Origin: an uncultured virus (IMG/VR IMGVR_UViG_3300046837_000353)
Lineage: Duplodnaviria > Heunggongvirae > Uroviricota > Caudoviricetes
Length of the DNA stretch: 64,000 nucleotides
IMG/VR virus record: IMGVR_UViG_3300046837_000353
Coordinates: 1 to 64,000 of that record
Reading direction: 5' to 3' (one strand)
The translations under genes and the position numbers were made by a program. The notes under the pieces were generated by a model, which was given only the letters and a program-made list of their open reading frames with translations, did no database searches and was not told the DNA's origin. How positions within the stretch are numbered: the stretch's first letter is position 1; every line of letters starts with the position of its first letter. Shown one piece after another: positions 55,801 through 64,000 of the stretch.

Positions 55801-56400
55801 TTAGAAGAATTCCGCCCAATAGGGATTATCACCCTTATTCAGTCTGTATTCGCAACGAATGCCATGAGGCACCCGAAGCGAGCAGTTATTCTTCACCCAG
55901 GAATCACTGGCGTAACTCCACTTTACGGCGATAAACCACATTGCACCGAGAATTTGGTCGGGAGGAACCTTGCATGTTGCAATCGGATCGGGGTCTGTCA
56001 GCCGGCCGTTAGGAAGGATTAATCCCATCAAGCATTGAAAAGGACGCCCTTGAGTTAGTCTATTCATGCTGTCCCGAACGGGATAGGGATCGTTGCCGGA
56101 CAATTCGTTGCAGCGCATCTGGATTCGATTAGTTGGGTATAAATAATTTCCCATTTGAATAGCGTTTCCGTCCCCGGCATATTTGTTAGCGAGATTACAA
56201 ACAACCTGGTCGGGGTCTGGCATCGAATACTCGGATTGGGGTACTGGATCCACTTTCTGGACGTTGGGTTGTAGTATTGATCTGCACTTTGCAATGAAGT
56301 CGGCTGGCCAACCATCACAGCCCCCTTGCTCGGTGGCGTAAGCAGGTAGGGCAAAAGCCGACATAATGGCGATCCCGGCTAATAGTTGTAACTTTTTCAT
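55801..56400 (-). CDS. Secreted Cys-rich protein
   Basis: Signal peptide MKKLQLLAGIAIMSAFALPAYA; 8 Cys. Confidence 0.7.
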   Translation of the reverse strand: MKKLQLLAGIAIMSAFALPAYATEQGGCDGWPADFIAKCRSILQPNVQKVDPVPQSEYSMPDPDQVVCNLANKYAGDGNAIQMGNYLYPTNRIQMRCNELSGNDPYPVRDSMNRLTQGRPFQCLMGLILPNGRLTDPDPIATCKVPPDQILGAMWFIAVKWSYASDSWVKNNCSLRVPHGIRCEYRLNKGDNPYWAEFF

Positions 56401-56423
56401 CGTAGTTTCCTTTCTAACTTTGA

Positions 56424-57164
56424 CTAGATGGCCTTGAGGGAACCGGTGAGCATCTTCTTGACCTGTGCCTTGGCGTCACCTGGGGTCAGCAGCGGCTTGA
56501 CGATTTCCCAAGCCTTCCCGATGTCCTTGAACGCGGGGGTGAGGCTGACTCGGGCGATGAGACCGAACACCGTTTCGACCTGCTCGACCGGGAGGCGGAA
56601 CACCGCATCGGTCGCGCTGTCACTGACCACCATTTTGCTGCTGGCAGGAACCGAGATCACGAAATCCTCCGGGATCCCTTTGACTCCGCTCAAAGCTTTG
56701 TCGATCTTCTTGAGCAGGTCCTCGTTGCTGGCGTAGATCGGATTGATCTGCAAGCTGGCCGGGATCGATTCCAGAATCTCCGCAAAGCCCGGGACCGCCG
56801 TGATGTTGCCATCGGTGTCGTGAACCACATCACCGACCATTTCGGCGAGAAGCTCAACCTCGTCGGTGCTGAGCGGGCTTGCGGTGCTGCGCTTGGTGAT
56901 GGCAACACGGCCAGTGGCCTCGCCCTCAACCAGGGAGAGGTGGTCCGGCTTGCTGTGACGCTCGATTCCGGTCTCGATGAGCTGCTCGATCGCGCTCGAC
57001 TTCAGCGCCTCCTTTTTCAGGTCGAGCAGGCCCTTGATCGCCTTCATGCAGGCGTCAAGAGCTGCCACCTCGGCCAGACCCTCGATCGTGGTCGTGGACT
57101 TTGGCGGCGCCTTGCCCTTAACGGCCACCGGCAAAACGGCTACTTTTTTGGCATTTGCAAACAT
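56424..57164 (-). CDS. Hypothetical early protein
   Basis: Behind a cassette; GC3-rich codons. Confidence 0.75.
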   Translation of the reverse strand: MFANAKKVAVLPVAVKGKAPPKSTTTIEGLAEVAALDACMKAIKGLLDLKKEALKSSAIEQLIETGIERHSKPDHLSLVEGEATGRVAITKRSTASPLSTDEVELLAEMVGDVVHDTDGNITAVPGFAEILESIPASLQINPIYASNEDLLKKIDKALSGVKGIPEDFVISVPASSKMVVSDSATDAVFRLPVEQVETVFGLIARVSLTPAFKDIGKAWEIVKPLLTPGDAKAQVKKMLTGSLKAI

Positions 57165-57169
57165 TTTCG

Positions 57170-57218
57170 TCTCCATTTCTGACTCTGTAAATATAAGCAT
57201 TTTGCGGGGAATTGCAAG
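57170..57218 (-). promoter_or_regulatory. Repeated promoter-operator-leader cassette
   Basis: CTTGCAATTCCCCGCAAAATGCTTATATT...GTCAGAAATGGAGA. Confidence 0.85.
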
Positions 57219-57730
57219 CCCTGTTTTCAAAAGATTTGATGCAGGAGTACCCACGCGAATGGGCTTAACGGGATGAGGCAGATTATGAGTTTGGTCATGG
57301 ATCGTACTCGTCATTTCCTATTTCTGGATAGATCTCATCATTTTCGATGTCATTCCAGACGTCTCTTATGAACTTCAGCAATCTTCTCATTGAATTATCC
57401 TGGTTTAGTCAGCCGCTAACGGATAGTTGAGCTCACAAAGGTGATCATGATAATCCTCACCAAGATGTGAGCGGGCATCCTTCCGTGAGTCAGCAGCTTC
57501 AAGGCAGTTGAAGCAATTGACTTCACGTGGAGTGCGTCGATAGCCAGGCTGGTTGTTAGGGTAGTGCATTCCGCAAAGCGTAGCGGTCTCCCCACCACAG
57601 GTCTGATAAAGATATGCGTGATTACGGTCGCCCGAATAGAAGGTGACACTGAGCGGCGGCACGTATCTAGGGTAGTTATCGTTGGCTGCGAAAGCATAGA
57701 TAACGGTGGACACGACAGTCTCCGATCGAG

Positions 57731-57757
57731 AAAAAGCCCCGCCCGAAGGCGGGGCTT
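57731..57757 (-). terminator. Intrinsic terminator with the same stem-loop as 18167
   Basis: Minus strand AAGCCCCGCC-TTCG-GGCGGGGCTTTTT. Confidence 0.85.
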
Positions 57758-57769
57758 GTGTTTGAGGGG

Positions 57770-57997
57770 TTAGGCTGCGACGCCCATAGCGCGGAGGTGC
57801 TTGCAGGGCTTTTTCTGGTGCGCGGGGCCCTTCTGGTAGATGTGACCCGGGCAAGAGCACTGCCAGTTGTCCGAGCCACGACGCTGCGCGATCGTGTAGG
57901 TCCGGCCGCTGGTGCTGGTTAGCGCGAAGCGGGAAACCCACTGGTCGCTGGCCGGGAGGGACTGCAGGTTTTTGACGGTTGAGCTGAGATTTGACAT
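57770..57997 (-). CDS. SWIM zinc-finger protein
   Basis: S.SGRTY.I...WQCSCPGH...PCKHL. Confidence 0.8.
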   Translation of the reverse strand: MSNLSSTVKNLQSLPASDQWVSRFALTSTSGRTYTIAQRRGSDNWQCSCPGHIYQKGPAHQKKPCKHLRAMGVAA

Positions 57998-58002
57998 TTC
58001 GG

Positions 58003-58049
58003 TCTCCATTCTGACTCTATACATATAAGCGCTTTGCAGCTCATTGCAA
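58003..58049 (-). promoter_or_regulatory. Repeated promoter-operator-leader cassette
   Basis: TTGCAATGAGCTGCAAAGCGCTTATATGT...GTCAGAATGGAGA. Confidence 0.85.
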
Positions 58050-58080
58050 TACCCTGAGCGAAAAAAGGTATCAAAAAGAC

Positions 58081-58114
58081 AAAAAAATGCCCCCGGACTT
58101 TCGGGGCACTTTTT
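58081..58114. terminator. Bidirectional intrinsic terminator
   Basis: A7-TGCCCC...GGGGCA-CTTTTT. Confidence 0.7.
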
Positions 58115-58152
58115 CCTGCGTTTTAGAGCGGGTTATATGATTTTTTGCATGA

Positions 58153-58446
58153 TCAATCATTCCTTGGATGTGGGTAAGAGCATCGGGTAGGGTCTTTTTC
58201 AACGCACGGGTTTGCCCCGTCCTTGCACTTCCAGCAGGCGCTGTCACGAAACCGGCCTTTGGGCAGTGTGCTGGTATCGACTTTTGTCACTCCGTCTTCT
58301 GATGATACCTCGAACACAGTGGCGCTATTCTTCGGATCACGTTGAATCTCTTGGGCAGCTAGTGCAGCGGAGATAGGTCCTGCTGCTGTTAACTCGACCT
58401 CCCAAGATACGATGTAAGTTTTCTTTGTCACAAGCACTCCTTTCAT
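58153..58446 (-). CDS. Hypothetical protein
   Basis: Y.VSWEV...AA.P..AA..A..IQRDP...ATVFEV; C-terminal Cys cluster. Confidence 0.65.
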   Translation of the reverse strand: MKGVLVTKKTYIVSWEVELTAAGPISAALAAQEIQRDPKNSATVFEVSSEDGVTKVDTSTLPKGRFRDSACWKCKDGANPCVEKDPTRCSYPHPRND

Positions 58447-58883
58447 GATGCGAATGTTCCATCAGGCCAGATGATAAACACTGGTTTCTTAGCAATTCGG
58501 GCCATCCGGATAGTCATCCAGGTACCGGAACGTTGTTCTTCTTTGAACATTTTGGGTGCTGCCACTAGTAAGTCTGTCTCGGACACTATCATCCGGTTTC
58601 GATCACGGTAATCCAGAGCTGGGAAGATTCGAATGGGACTATTTGGGGACTCTTTCCAGGCTCTCTTTTTGGGATCTTCCGGTGGATGAAGGACTAGGGA
58701 AAGGCTAAGACTGAAGGCAATGTCGTGTGCTTGGGCATCAGCCCCGATGCAGTCACCGTGATGAAACTCCGCGTTGTCATAACCAAGGGTGGCACCTAGC
58801 AGGAAGCCACGGAGGGCATCGTGCTGCGACAGCGACATGCCTAGTTGAGTGCCGGTAAATCCGATCTTTATCAAAGGGATCAT
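58443..58883 (-). CDS. SLOG-superfamily (DprA/YspA-like) protein
   Basis: IGFTGT, HHGDCIGADAQAH, RNRMIV, SGTWMTIRMA. Confidence 0.7.
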   Translation of the reverse strand: MIPLIKIGFTGTQLGMSLSQHDALRGFLLGATLGYDNAEFHHGDCIGADAQAHDIAFSLSLSLVLHPPEDPKKRAWKESPNSPIRIFPALDYRDRNRMIVSETDLLVAAPKMFKEEQRSGTWMTIRMARIAKKPVFIIWPDGTFAS

Positions 58884-58995
58884 GGGCCCACCAGATATCC
58901 GATTAGGGCGAGGAGGCCGAACACGATAAAGATGCGGCCCAGATTGCGCAGCACGGCCATGATAAAGAAGGCCAGTAGGATGCCTCCAGCGATGA

Positions 58996-59244
58996 CTAGC
59001 ATGACGTCGCCTTCCGCAGTACATCAGCTACCTTTTTGATGTAGCCCGCCTTGGCGTAGTTGCTGCATTGGATATGCGTGGCGATTTCGGCCCGCAGTTC
59101 CTCAAGGACAGCTTGCCGCTGCCCCTGTTGCCACTGCGTGATCAACGCCATCCCCTCCTCCTCGGAATGGTAAGCCCAAGGCAACGTCTTCATCCGTTCC
59201 AGGGCCTCGGCTTCGGTTTTCGGGTTCAGAATAAGTGTGGTCAT
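58996..59244 (-). CDS. Hypothetical early protein
   Basis: Behind the cassette at 59251. Confidence 0.7.
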   Translation of the reverse strand: MTTLILNPKTEAEALERMKTLPWAYHSEEEGMALITQWQQGQRQAVLEELRAEIATHIQCSNYAKAGYIKKVADVLRKATSC

Positions 59245-59250
59245 TTTGGC

Positions 59251-59300
59251 TCTCCGTTCTGACATCCATACATATAAGCGCTTTTGCGGCGATTTGCAAG
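59251..59300 (-). promoter_or_regulatory. Repeated promoter-operator-leader cassette
   Basis: CTTGCAAATCGCCGCAAAAGCGCTTATATGT...GTCAGAACGGAGA. Confidence 0.85.
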
Positions 59301-59424
59301 CACAAAGTCAAAGGAAACGGCGACCCTATAAGCCGCCGTCTCCCCCGCACCTCCAAGAGGTTGCGGTTACCGGGTGGTCCCACCCTGCCCGGAGCAGGTC
59401 GTCAGAAGGAGATTTGGCTGGGAC

Positions 59425-59664
59425 CTAGCCAACTCTGTGTAACTCCGTGATAAACTTTACAAATCCTGTATAGTCCCCACGTTTCATCTGTTTAACCACT
59501 TCCATAGCTCGTTCCTTCGTGAGGAGTCGAGCTGCGGTCTCGGGCGATAGTTGCGCATCGTACCAGTATCGAGCATCGCCTTGATCTGCTTCGTGTGTAC
59601 CTAGGAATTTGAGAGCCTTATTGAACTCCCGCCACCAGAGGTGGAATGTAGGTTCGGTCATCAT
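59425..59664 (-). CDS. Hypothetical protein
   Basis: Coupled ORF. Confidence 0.6.
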   Translation of the reverse strand: MMTEPTFHLWWREFNKALKFLGTHEADQGDARYWYDAQLSPETAARLLTKERAMEVVKQMKRGDYTGFVKFITELHRVG

Positions 59665-59990
59665 TTGATTCCCGTGATCAGATCAAAGATGGCATCGAAA
59701 TTCTTGTGGTACAACGCCTGCTCGACTGCATGGTGGGCAACCGAACGTGCTTCGGCGTTCCGCGCGCGCACCGCCGAGTTGTATTGGACCAGTGCACCCG
59801 GTGACGTAAAGCCCAGTGCCTTGCAGGCGACCATATCGAACGCCTCCTTGGCGGTGGCACCGATCTCGCAATGCTGCCCGATTCGGGCTACAAAGCCCTT
59901 GGGGCAGTTGTTCACGAAACCGACCTTTTTACGGCCCTCCGTGATGTTCCAGCAGGAGGCGCTAATTTGGGCGAGTCTGTACGTGGTCAT
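59661..59990 (-). CDS. Hypothetical early protein
   Basis: Behind the cassette at 59996. Confidence 0.7.
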   Translation of the reverse strand: MTTYRLAQISASCWNITEGRKKVGFVNNCPKGFVARIGQHCEIGATAKEAFDMVACKALGFTSPGALVQYNSAVRARNAEARSVAHHAVEQALYHKNFDAIFDLITGIK

Positions 59991-59995
59991 TTTCG

Positions 59996-60043
59996 TCTCC
60001 GTTCTGACAGCTTATATATAAGCGCTTTGCGCTACAATGCAAG
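59996..60043 (-). promoter_or_regulatory. Repeated promoter-operator-leader cassette
   Basis: CTTGCATTGTAGCGCAAAGCGCTTATATAT...GTCAGAACGGAGA. Confidence 0.85.
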
Positions 60044-60244
60044 CTTTAATTTTGCCTCACCGGAAATTTCTAGCCATCCATTCTCATCAGAGATGAGGAT
60101 TGGAGTCCCATCAAACTTTAGGGAGCGGAAAATATTGGTGCCACATTCCGGGCAGTATGTCGGCAAACGTGGGTTGACCCAACAGAGTAGCTGGCCGCAG
60201 CACGGTGTCTGGATCAGCCTAAAGTGGATTCGTTCTCTGGTCAT
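60032..60244 (-). CDS. Small Zn-ribbon protein
   Basis: PCCGQLLCWVNPRLPTYCPECG. Confidence 0.65.
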   Translation of the reverse strand: MTRERIHFRLIQTPCCGQLLCWVNPRLPTYCPECGTNIFRSLKFDGTPILISDENGWLEISGEAKLKLAL

Positions 60245-60516
60245 TGTGGATCACCAATACGACCACTAGGCTTACGTACGTTCTCATCGATCAGCCAGTC
60301 GTCTTCTTCCATCCAAGCCATGAGGTCAGCACATAGGCGGTTCCAGCCTCTCTCAACCTTCGGCGGGATGTTCAAGTCGGGAATGCTGATCTCGGCACCT
60401 AGCTGATTGGCGCATTCGGCCACCCTGCGCAAGCTTAGTCGTAGGGTGGCGAGTTGCTCTTCAGGTGTTTGCATTTGTTCCGTTCCCTGGTCATTGTGGT
60501 CTTCGGGTACGTTCAT
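60241..60516 (-). CDS. Hypothetical protein
   Basis: Coupled ORF; start may be MQTP at 60476. Confidence 0.55.
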   Translation of the reverse strand: MNVPEDHNDQGTEQMQTPEEQLATLRLSLRRVAECANQLGAEISIPDLNIPPKVERGWNRLCADLMAWMEEDDWLIDENVRKPSGRIGDPQ

Positions 60517-61520
60517 TGTCTTACTTTGATGTGTCTGCTAATTGTTTCGCCTTGGCCCCGCATATACGGCTCGACAATCCAGTGCTTGTTTCCTCGTCTA
60601 GCCAAGTACCTGCTGACCATGTGGATTCGCGGTGACTTGCGGGTGAACCCTAATGGTGTACGGATTTGCTGCGCGCGCTCGGCAGCGTTAAGATGAATGG
60701 TTACCCGGGTATGGTCTAGTCTGGGGACTTCATGCCGCTTGACGCGGGCTTTGTTCAGCTTGGATTGATCTACTGGTGTATAGTGAACGATGGGTCGACT
60801 GGCAGTTAGTAGCATCATGATCGCCCAGACCGTAATGTATTCACCATAAACATCGGCGTAGGCTGCTTCTCTTTGATGTGGATTTCTGTTGAGAAACATC
60901 TCACCCCATCTATTAGGTGAATGCTCCGCTGTTTCCCAAATCTGGAATAGAGCTTCCTTTTGGATTGGGTTGTCCGTCCATAGCCTGGCTAGGTTAGCTA
61001 TTGACAATCCTAACGTGTTTTCGATCGGTTGTTTGATTCGTTGGTCTAGGTTAAAGTAAGCTGAAATTGGGGCAATGTTGGCCGGGTTTAGATCCTTTGA
61101 GATTTGTAACCCGTCCATTATTGGGCTTTCCCATGCCCAGGTCACTTGTCCCTTTCGACCACCTTTTTCACATTCAAGGAAAAACCCAACACGTACTGGT
61201 ATGGGTCTGCCGGGTTCGTTAATCACGGCATCTGGGAACCTACGACGTAGGTTCTCACGACCGCTTTCTTCCCATTCCACCCACATCTTTGTATAAGGTA
61301 TGTGACAATGAGCCATTGCCTCCAACAGGACTTTGGGGCGGCCAAAGGTTAGTTCGGTCGCGGTGTGAATGGCATTGGTATCAAGCAGAAATCTCGGTGC
61401 CCCCTTTAGTTTATCTTCCATAGCACCAAAGATGGCAATGATGGGATTGAATGGTCTTGTCTTGGCAAGACCAGCCATCTCCACTATGTTGTCCATCAGG
61501 TACATTTGATGATTTCCCAC
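60513..61520 (-). CDS. Conserved hypothetical phage protein
   Basis: C-terminal KLNKARVKR...SPRIHMV.RY....W.V.PY.RG. Confidence 0.75.
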   Translation of the reverse strand: MGNHQMYLMDNIVEMAGLAKTRPFNPIIAIFGAMEDKLKGAPRFLLDTNAIHTATELTFGRPKVLLEAMAHCHIPYTKMWVEWEESGRENLRRRFPDAVINEPGRPIPVRVGFFLECEKGGRKGQVTWAWESPIMDGLQISKDLNPANIAPISAYFNLDQRIKQPIENTLGLSIANLARLWTDNPIQKEALFQIWETAEHSPNRWGEMFLNRNPHQREAAYADVYGEYITVWAIMMLLTASRPIVHYTPVDQSKLNKARVKRHEVPRLDHTRVTIHLNAAERAQQIRTPLGFTRKSPRIHMVSRYLARRGNKHWIVEPYMRGQGETISRHIKVRQ

Positions 61521-62197
61521 CCTTCGATTGTTGGGAGTAGTGGATCTTCCCAGCGAAGTTGCGGATTTTCCTGCATCAGTCGATTGATCTCTTCGACGGG
61601 TGTAAACTCACCATCAAACAGTTTGCGGGTCAAGATATGATATTGATGACCCATGACCATCTGGTTTATGATCACGATTGTGGGATCCCAGACGTACATA
61701 AGTTTTATGTTTGGATGATGCGGCCACAACACCGCTCTAGTAATTGCGGATGGTGGGATTGTGCCCCTATGGGCGCAGGTACCTAGATGTTGTAGAGATG
61801 CCTCCCACCATGTGGTGTCTGTACCGTCCTTATTCTGGGTAGGCCAGTTGAAAGTGAATTGCTGCTTCCGGTAGTGTATAGTCCGTTCTTTCATCGAGCC
61901 GGGTACCGGGTTATCGATCTTTCGGCTTCCCTGTTCTAGAAAGTCCTCATCGGGGTAGAGGTTAAGTGGGAATAGCTTGTCGGTGTCGATTTCAATAACG
62001 GCGCAGAGAGGCTCTTTGCCTTTGGAAGCGTTGAACGCGAAATATGGGGCGTAGCTGTTCGTCAGGTACACACACTTTGGGTTGCTGTTGACCGTATACT
62101 TCCAGTTGTTGACTCCTTTCGCACCCCTTGGGTGTATTCCTATCTTTAGAATGTTGTTAAGCCAGGCACCGTTAGTGCCGTGATAGAGTTTTACCAT
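61496..62197 (-). CDS. Possible ADP-ribosyltransferase-fold (Tpt1/PARP-like) protein
   Basis: LYHGT...ILKIGI.P, VYLT, VIEID, DEDF. Confidence 0.5.
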   Translation of the reverse strand: MVKLYHGTNGAWLNNILKIGIHPRGAKGVNNWKYTVNSNPKCVYLTNSYAPYFAFNASKGKEPLCAVIEIDTDKLFPLNLYPDEDFLEQGSRKIDNPVPGSMKERTIHYRKQQFTFNWPTQNKDGTDTTWWEASLQHLGTCAHRGTIPPSAITRAVLWPHHPNIKLMYVWDPTIVIINQMVMGHQYHILTRKLFDGEFTPVEEINRLMQENPQLRWEDPLLPTIEGWEIIKCT

Positions 62198-62200
62198 CTC

Positions 62201-62401
62201 TCAGTTTCCATATTGTTTGATGATTAGGTGAGCTGTCTCTATTAGCTCAGCTATAGGAACCTTTATGACAGACTGTGTCACTCCAGTCGCTTTGTCAAGC
62301 ATAGTGACATAGACTGAAGTAACACCACGTTGGCCTACACCAACGTCAACAATCTCAATGATGTGACTTTCCCCCTTCATTCGGATGATTTGATCAGCCA
62401 T
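62201..62401 (-). CDS. Hypothetical protein
   Basis: Coupled ORF (MADQII). Confidence 0.55.
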   Translation of the reverse strand: MADQIIRMKGESHIIEIVDVGVGQRGVTSVYVTMLDKATGVTQSVIKVPIAELIETAHLIIKQYGN

Positions 62402-62588
62402 TATGCACCCCCGCACGAGCGACACGTTCGATCTGGTCGACTGTCAGCCCTGAGATTTCGGATAGGGCCTGCACTGCCCGTTCTATCTTTACGGCACCCC
62501 ACATGTCCCTCGGTTTGGTGTCTCTCAACCAGACGAGGAAGGAGCAGAGGTCGGTAAGTGCTTTGATCTGATTTGATGTGATTTCCAT
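62394..62588 (-). CDS. Hypothetical protein
   Basis: MEITSNQ start downstream of the promoter at 62638. Confidence 0.55.
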   Translation of the reverse strand: MEITSNQIKALTDLCSFLVWLRDTKPRDMWGAVKIERAVQALSEISGLTVDQIERVARAGVHNG

Positions 62589-62637
62589 TTCCCGATCCTG
62601 TGCTGCCGGATCACCCGGCGTCTGGTTACTATCATCA

Positions 62638-62746
62638 TATATAAGCGCTTTGCAACGAATTGCAAGCACAAAATGATCTAAAAAATCCGACACGGGGACT
62701 TGCAATGTGCCGCAAAATGCTTATATGTATGGAGTCAGAATGGAGA
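62638..62746. promoter_or_regulatory. Back-to-back pair of cassette promoters
   Basis: Minus copy 62638-62666 and plus copy 62699-62746 (CTTGCAATGTGCCGCAAAATGCTTATATGTATGGAGTCAGAATGGAGA). Confidence 0.88.
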
Positions 62747-62751
62747 CCGAT

Positions 62752-63009
62752 ATGACCAAGTTCGTGAGAGATCAATTTAGCTACTGGGGTGGGTATCTGA
62801 CCTACGGGCCGGAACGCCTTTTTATCGCCCGCTTCAAGTACGCCTCGACCTCCAGCAAGCCCCGGTGGATCACGTTCATGTGCAAGAATTTCACCGTGGA
62901 AGAGTGGCAGGCTGCGCGCGCTCAGGACAAGGCGCCGCTCGACATCATGCGCTCGAAGGGTTTCGAGCTCACTCATATCCTCAAGTGGCGTCGTGAGGGT
63001 GTGATCTAG
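62752..63009 (+). CDS. Conserved hypothetical phage protein
   Basis: F.Y.GGYLTY....FIARFKY....W.TF..KNFTVEEW...APL.I..SKG. Confidence 0.75.
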   Translation: MTKFVRDQFSYWGGYLTYGPERLFIARFKYASTSSKPRWITFMCKNFTVEEWQAARAQDKAPLDIMRSKGFELTHILKWRREGVI

Positions 63010-63022
63010 AAAGGAGTGGAAA

Positions 63023-63361
63023 ATGCCGTATATCACAATCACCGTTAAACCGTACGATACCCTGGCCACCGCGGCCAGGGATTGCCACGGCAAGACGCCC
63101 AGCCTCAAAGTGCTGCAAAAGGCGGTTGGTGGGTACATCGAAACCGTGCCGCACCTGACCAGCATCGAGCTCGATGGCAAGCGGGTGCGCTGCACCGCCT
63201 ACGCCAACGAGGAGGGCCGATTGCACGATCTGCCCCGTAACCACCACATGAGTAACCTCTGGAAGCGGGAGTTGCTGCGCCAGTCACCGAACGCCGAATT
63301 CCGCTACGAACCCGAGCTTTACGGGCCAGTGGTCTTCGTTGTCAAGGCCTCGGTCAAGTAG
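63023..63361 (+). CDS. DUF3846-like protein
   Basis: LQKAVGGYIETV...ANEEGRL.DLPRN...GPVV. Confidence 0.75.
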   Translation: MPYITITVKPYDTLATAARDCHGKTPSLKVLQKAVGGYIETVPHLTSIELDGKRVRCTAYANEEGRLHDLPRNHHMSNLWKRELLRQSPNAEFRYEPELYGPVVFVVKASVK

Positions 63362-63377
63362 GTTTTCGAGCGCTGGG

Positions 63378-63477
63378 AAAAGCGGGCTTTGCGCCCGCTT
63401 TTTCAGCTCGGGGGTATTGCAATCGGCATTAGCAGCGTAGCGCAAGAAAAGGCCCCGTTTAGGCGGGGCTTTTTTTG
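63378..63477 (+). terminator. Two tandem intrinsic terminators
   Basis: AAAAGCGGGC-TTTGC-GCCCGCTTTTT and AAAAGGCCCCGTTT-AGGCGGGGCTTTTTTT. Confidence 0.8.
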
Positions 63478-63639
63478 TAAAGTTTGTGTACTACCAAATT
63501 TTTTGCTTGCAATCGTTAGCTTTGAATAGCATACTACCAACGCTCATCCAAGAAACTAATAACATGTTTAACTACCAACGCTCTAATCATAGGGCTGCGG
63601 TAGCTCTCTGTGCTTGCGGGAGTGGGGAATGGAGAGCAG

Positions 63640-64000
63640 ATGGCATGGGCTTGCTTTCAAACTTATGGTGCTCAGGAACGTAAAGCTGTCGAGAACCTGA
63701 CTCGACAGGGTCTAGACGCGTTTTGCCCGTTCTACACCAAACCCGTACTTCCATCTATCCGAGCACGAGGTCCTAAGGACGCTCCGTTATTTCCCTGTTA
63801 CGGTTTTGTCTATCTTGAAGATAAGACGCAGTGGGGAATCCCCGGAAATACATACGGGGTCATTCGGCTTTTAACAGGAAACAAGTTAGATCCAAGACCT
63901 TTATGGGTGGCTACCACCTATATCGAGACAATTTATGAGATTCAAGCAAAGTTTGGTGGGAATGTCTTACCGGTTGATACGATAGTCAGAGTAAAAACTA
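63640..64000 (+). CDS. NusG/RfaH-family transcription antiterminator (partial; runs off the window; not in ORF track)
   Basis: GGAG RBS; my translation MAWACFQTYGAQERKAVENLTRQGLDAFCP...APLFPCYGFV...W....TYGVIRLL fits the NGN domain. Confidence 0.8.
   Translation, partial: MAWACFQTYGAQERKAVENLTRQGLDAFCPFYTKPVLPSIRARGPKDAPLFPCYGFVYLEDKTQWGIPGNTYGVIRLLTGNKLDPRPLWVATTYIETIYEIQAKFGGNVLPVDTIVRVKT

Noticed and set aside
59317..59392. Three GC hairpins as an ncRNA
   Set aside because: Short independent stems with no closing helix or dedicated promoter; not distinguishable from 3' UTR structure by eye.
51324..62746. Repeated ~50-bp units as a CRISPR array or integron attC array
   Set aside because: Spacing is irregular (0.4-2.6 kb), the units are degenerate, carry promoter and RBS features and precede start codons; no cas or integrase genes are seen.
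1..64000. tRNA/rRNA genes, stop-codon reassignment, structural or lysogeny genes
   Set aside because: No tRNA or rRNA signatures were recognised; TAA, TAG and TGA all end well-formed genes; no capsid, terminase or integrase motifs were seen.

Overview
This window is a segment of a large, apparently lytic dsDNA phage genome. No virion, integrase, tRNA, rRNA or CRISPR features were seen. The host is probably an alphaproteobacterium (inferred from the PEP-CTERM and OpgC cargo and the promoter style). Layout: (i) 1-7.3 kb and 49.3-63.4 kb are mostly minus-strand early or accessory genes. Many sit behind a repeated promoter-operator-leader cassette built on an invariant TTGC-N8-GCAA palindrome (21 copies found by eye). 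(ii) 7.3-10 kb holds an SNF2 helicase, a sigma-like factor and a primase. (iii) 10-16 kb holds OpgC and ParB/DGQHR-like genes, followed by a candidate structured ncRNA and a candidate origin at the strand switch. (iv) 16.5-48.8 kb is a plus-strand replication, recombination and nucleotide module: DnaB, sliding clamp, split UDG-exo/PolA, clamp loader, SSB, RecA, resolvase, SbcCD and class II RNR. This module contains a 7-deazaguanine DNA-modification pathway (FolE, QueD, QueE, a QueC lacking its Zn site, and a TGT/DpdA-like enzyme). The pathway is interleaved with SDR, radical SAM, methyltransferase, PIG-L deacetylase and glycosyltransferase genes, which suggests an undescribed sugar-hypermodified deazaguanine base. 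(v) A NusG/RfaH-like gene runs off the right end. All calls come from motif recognition by eye; no database searches were run.
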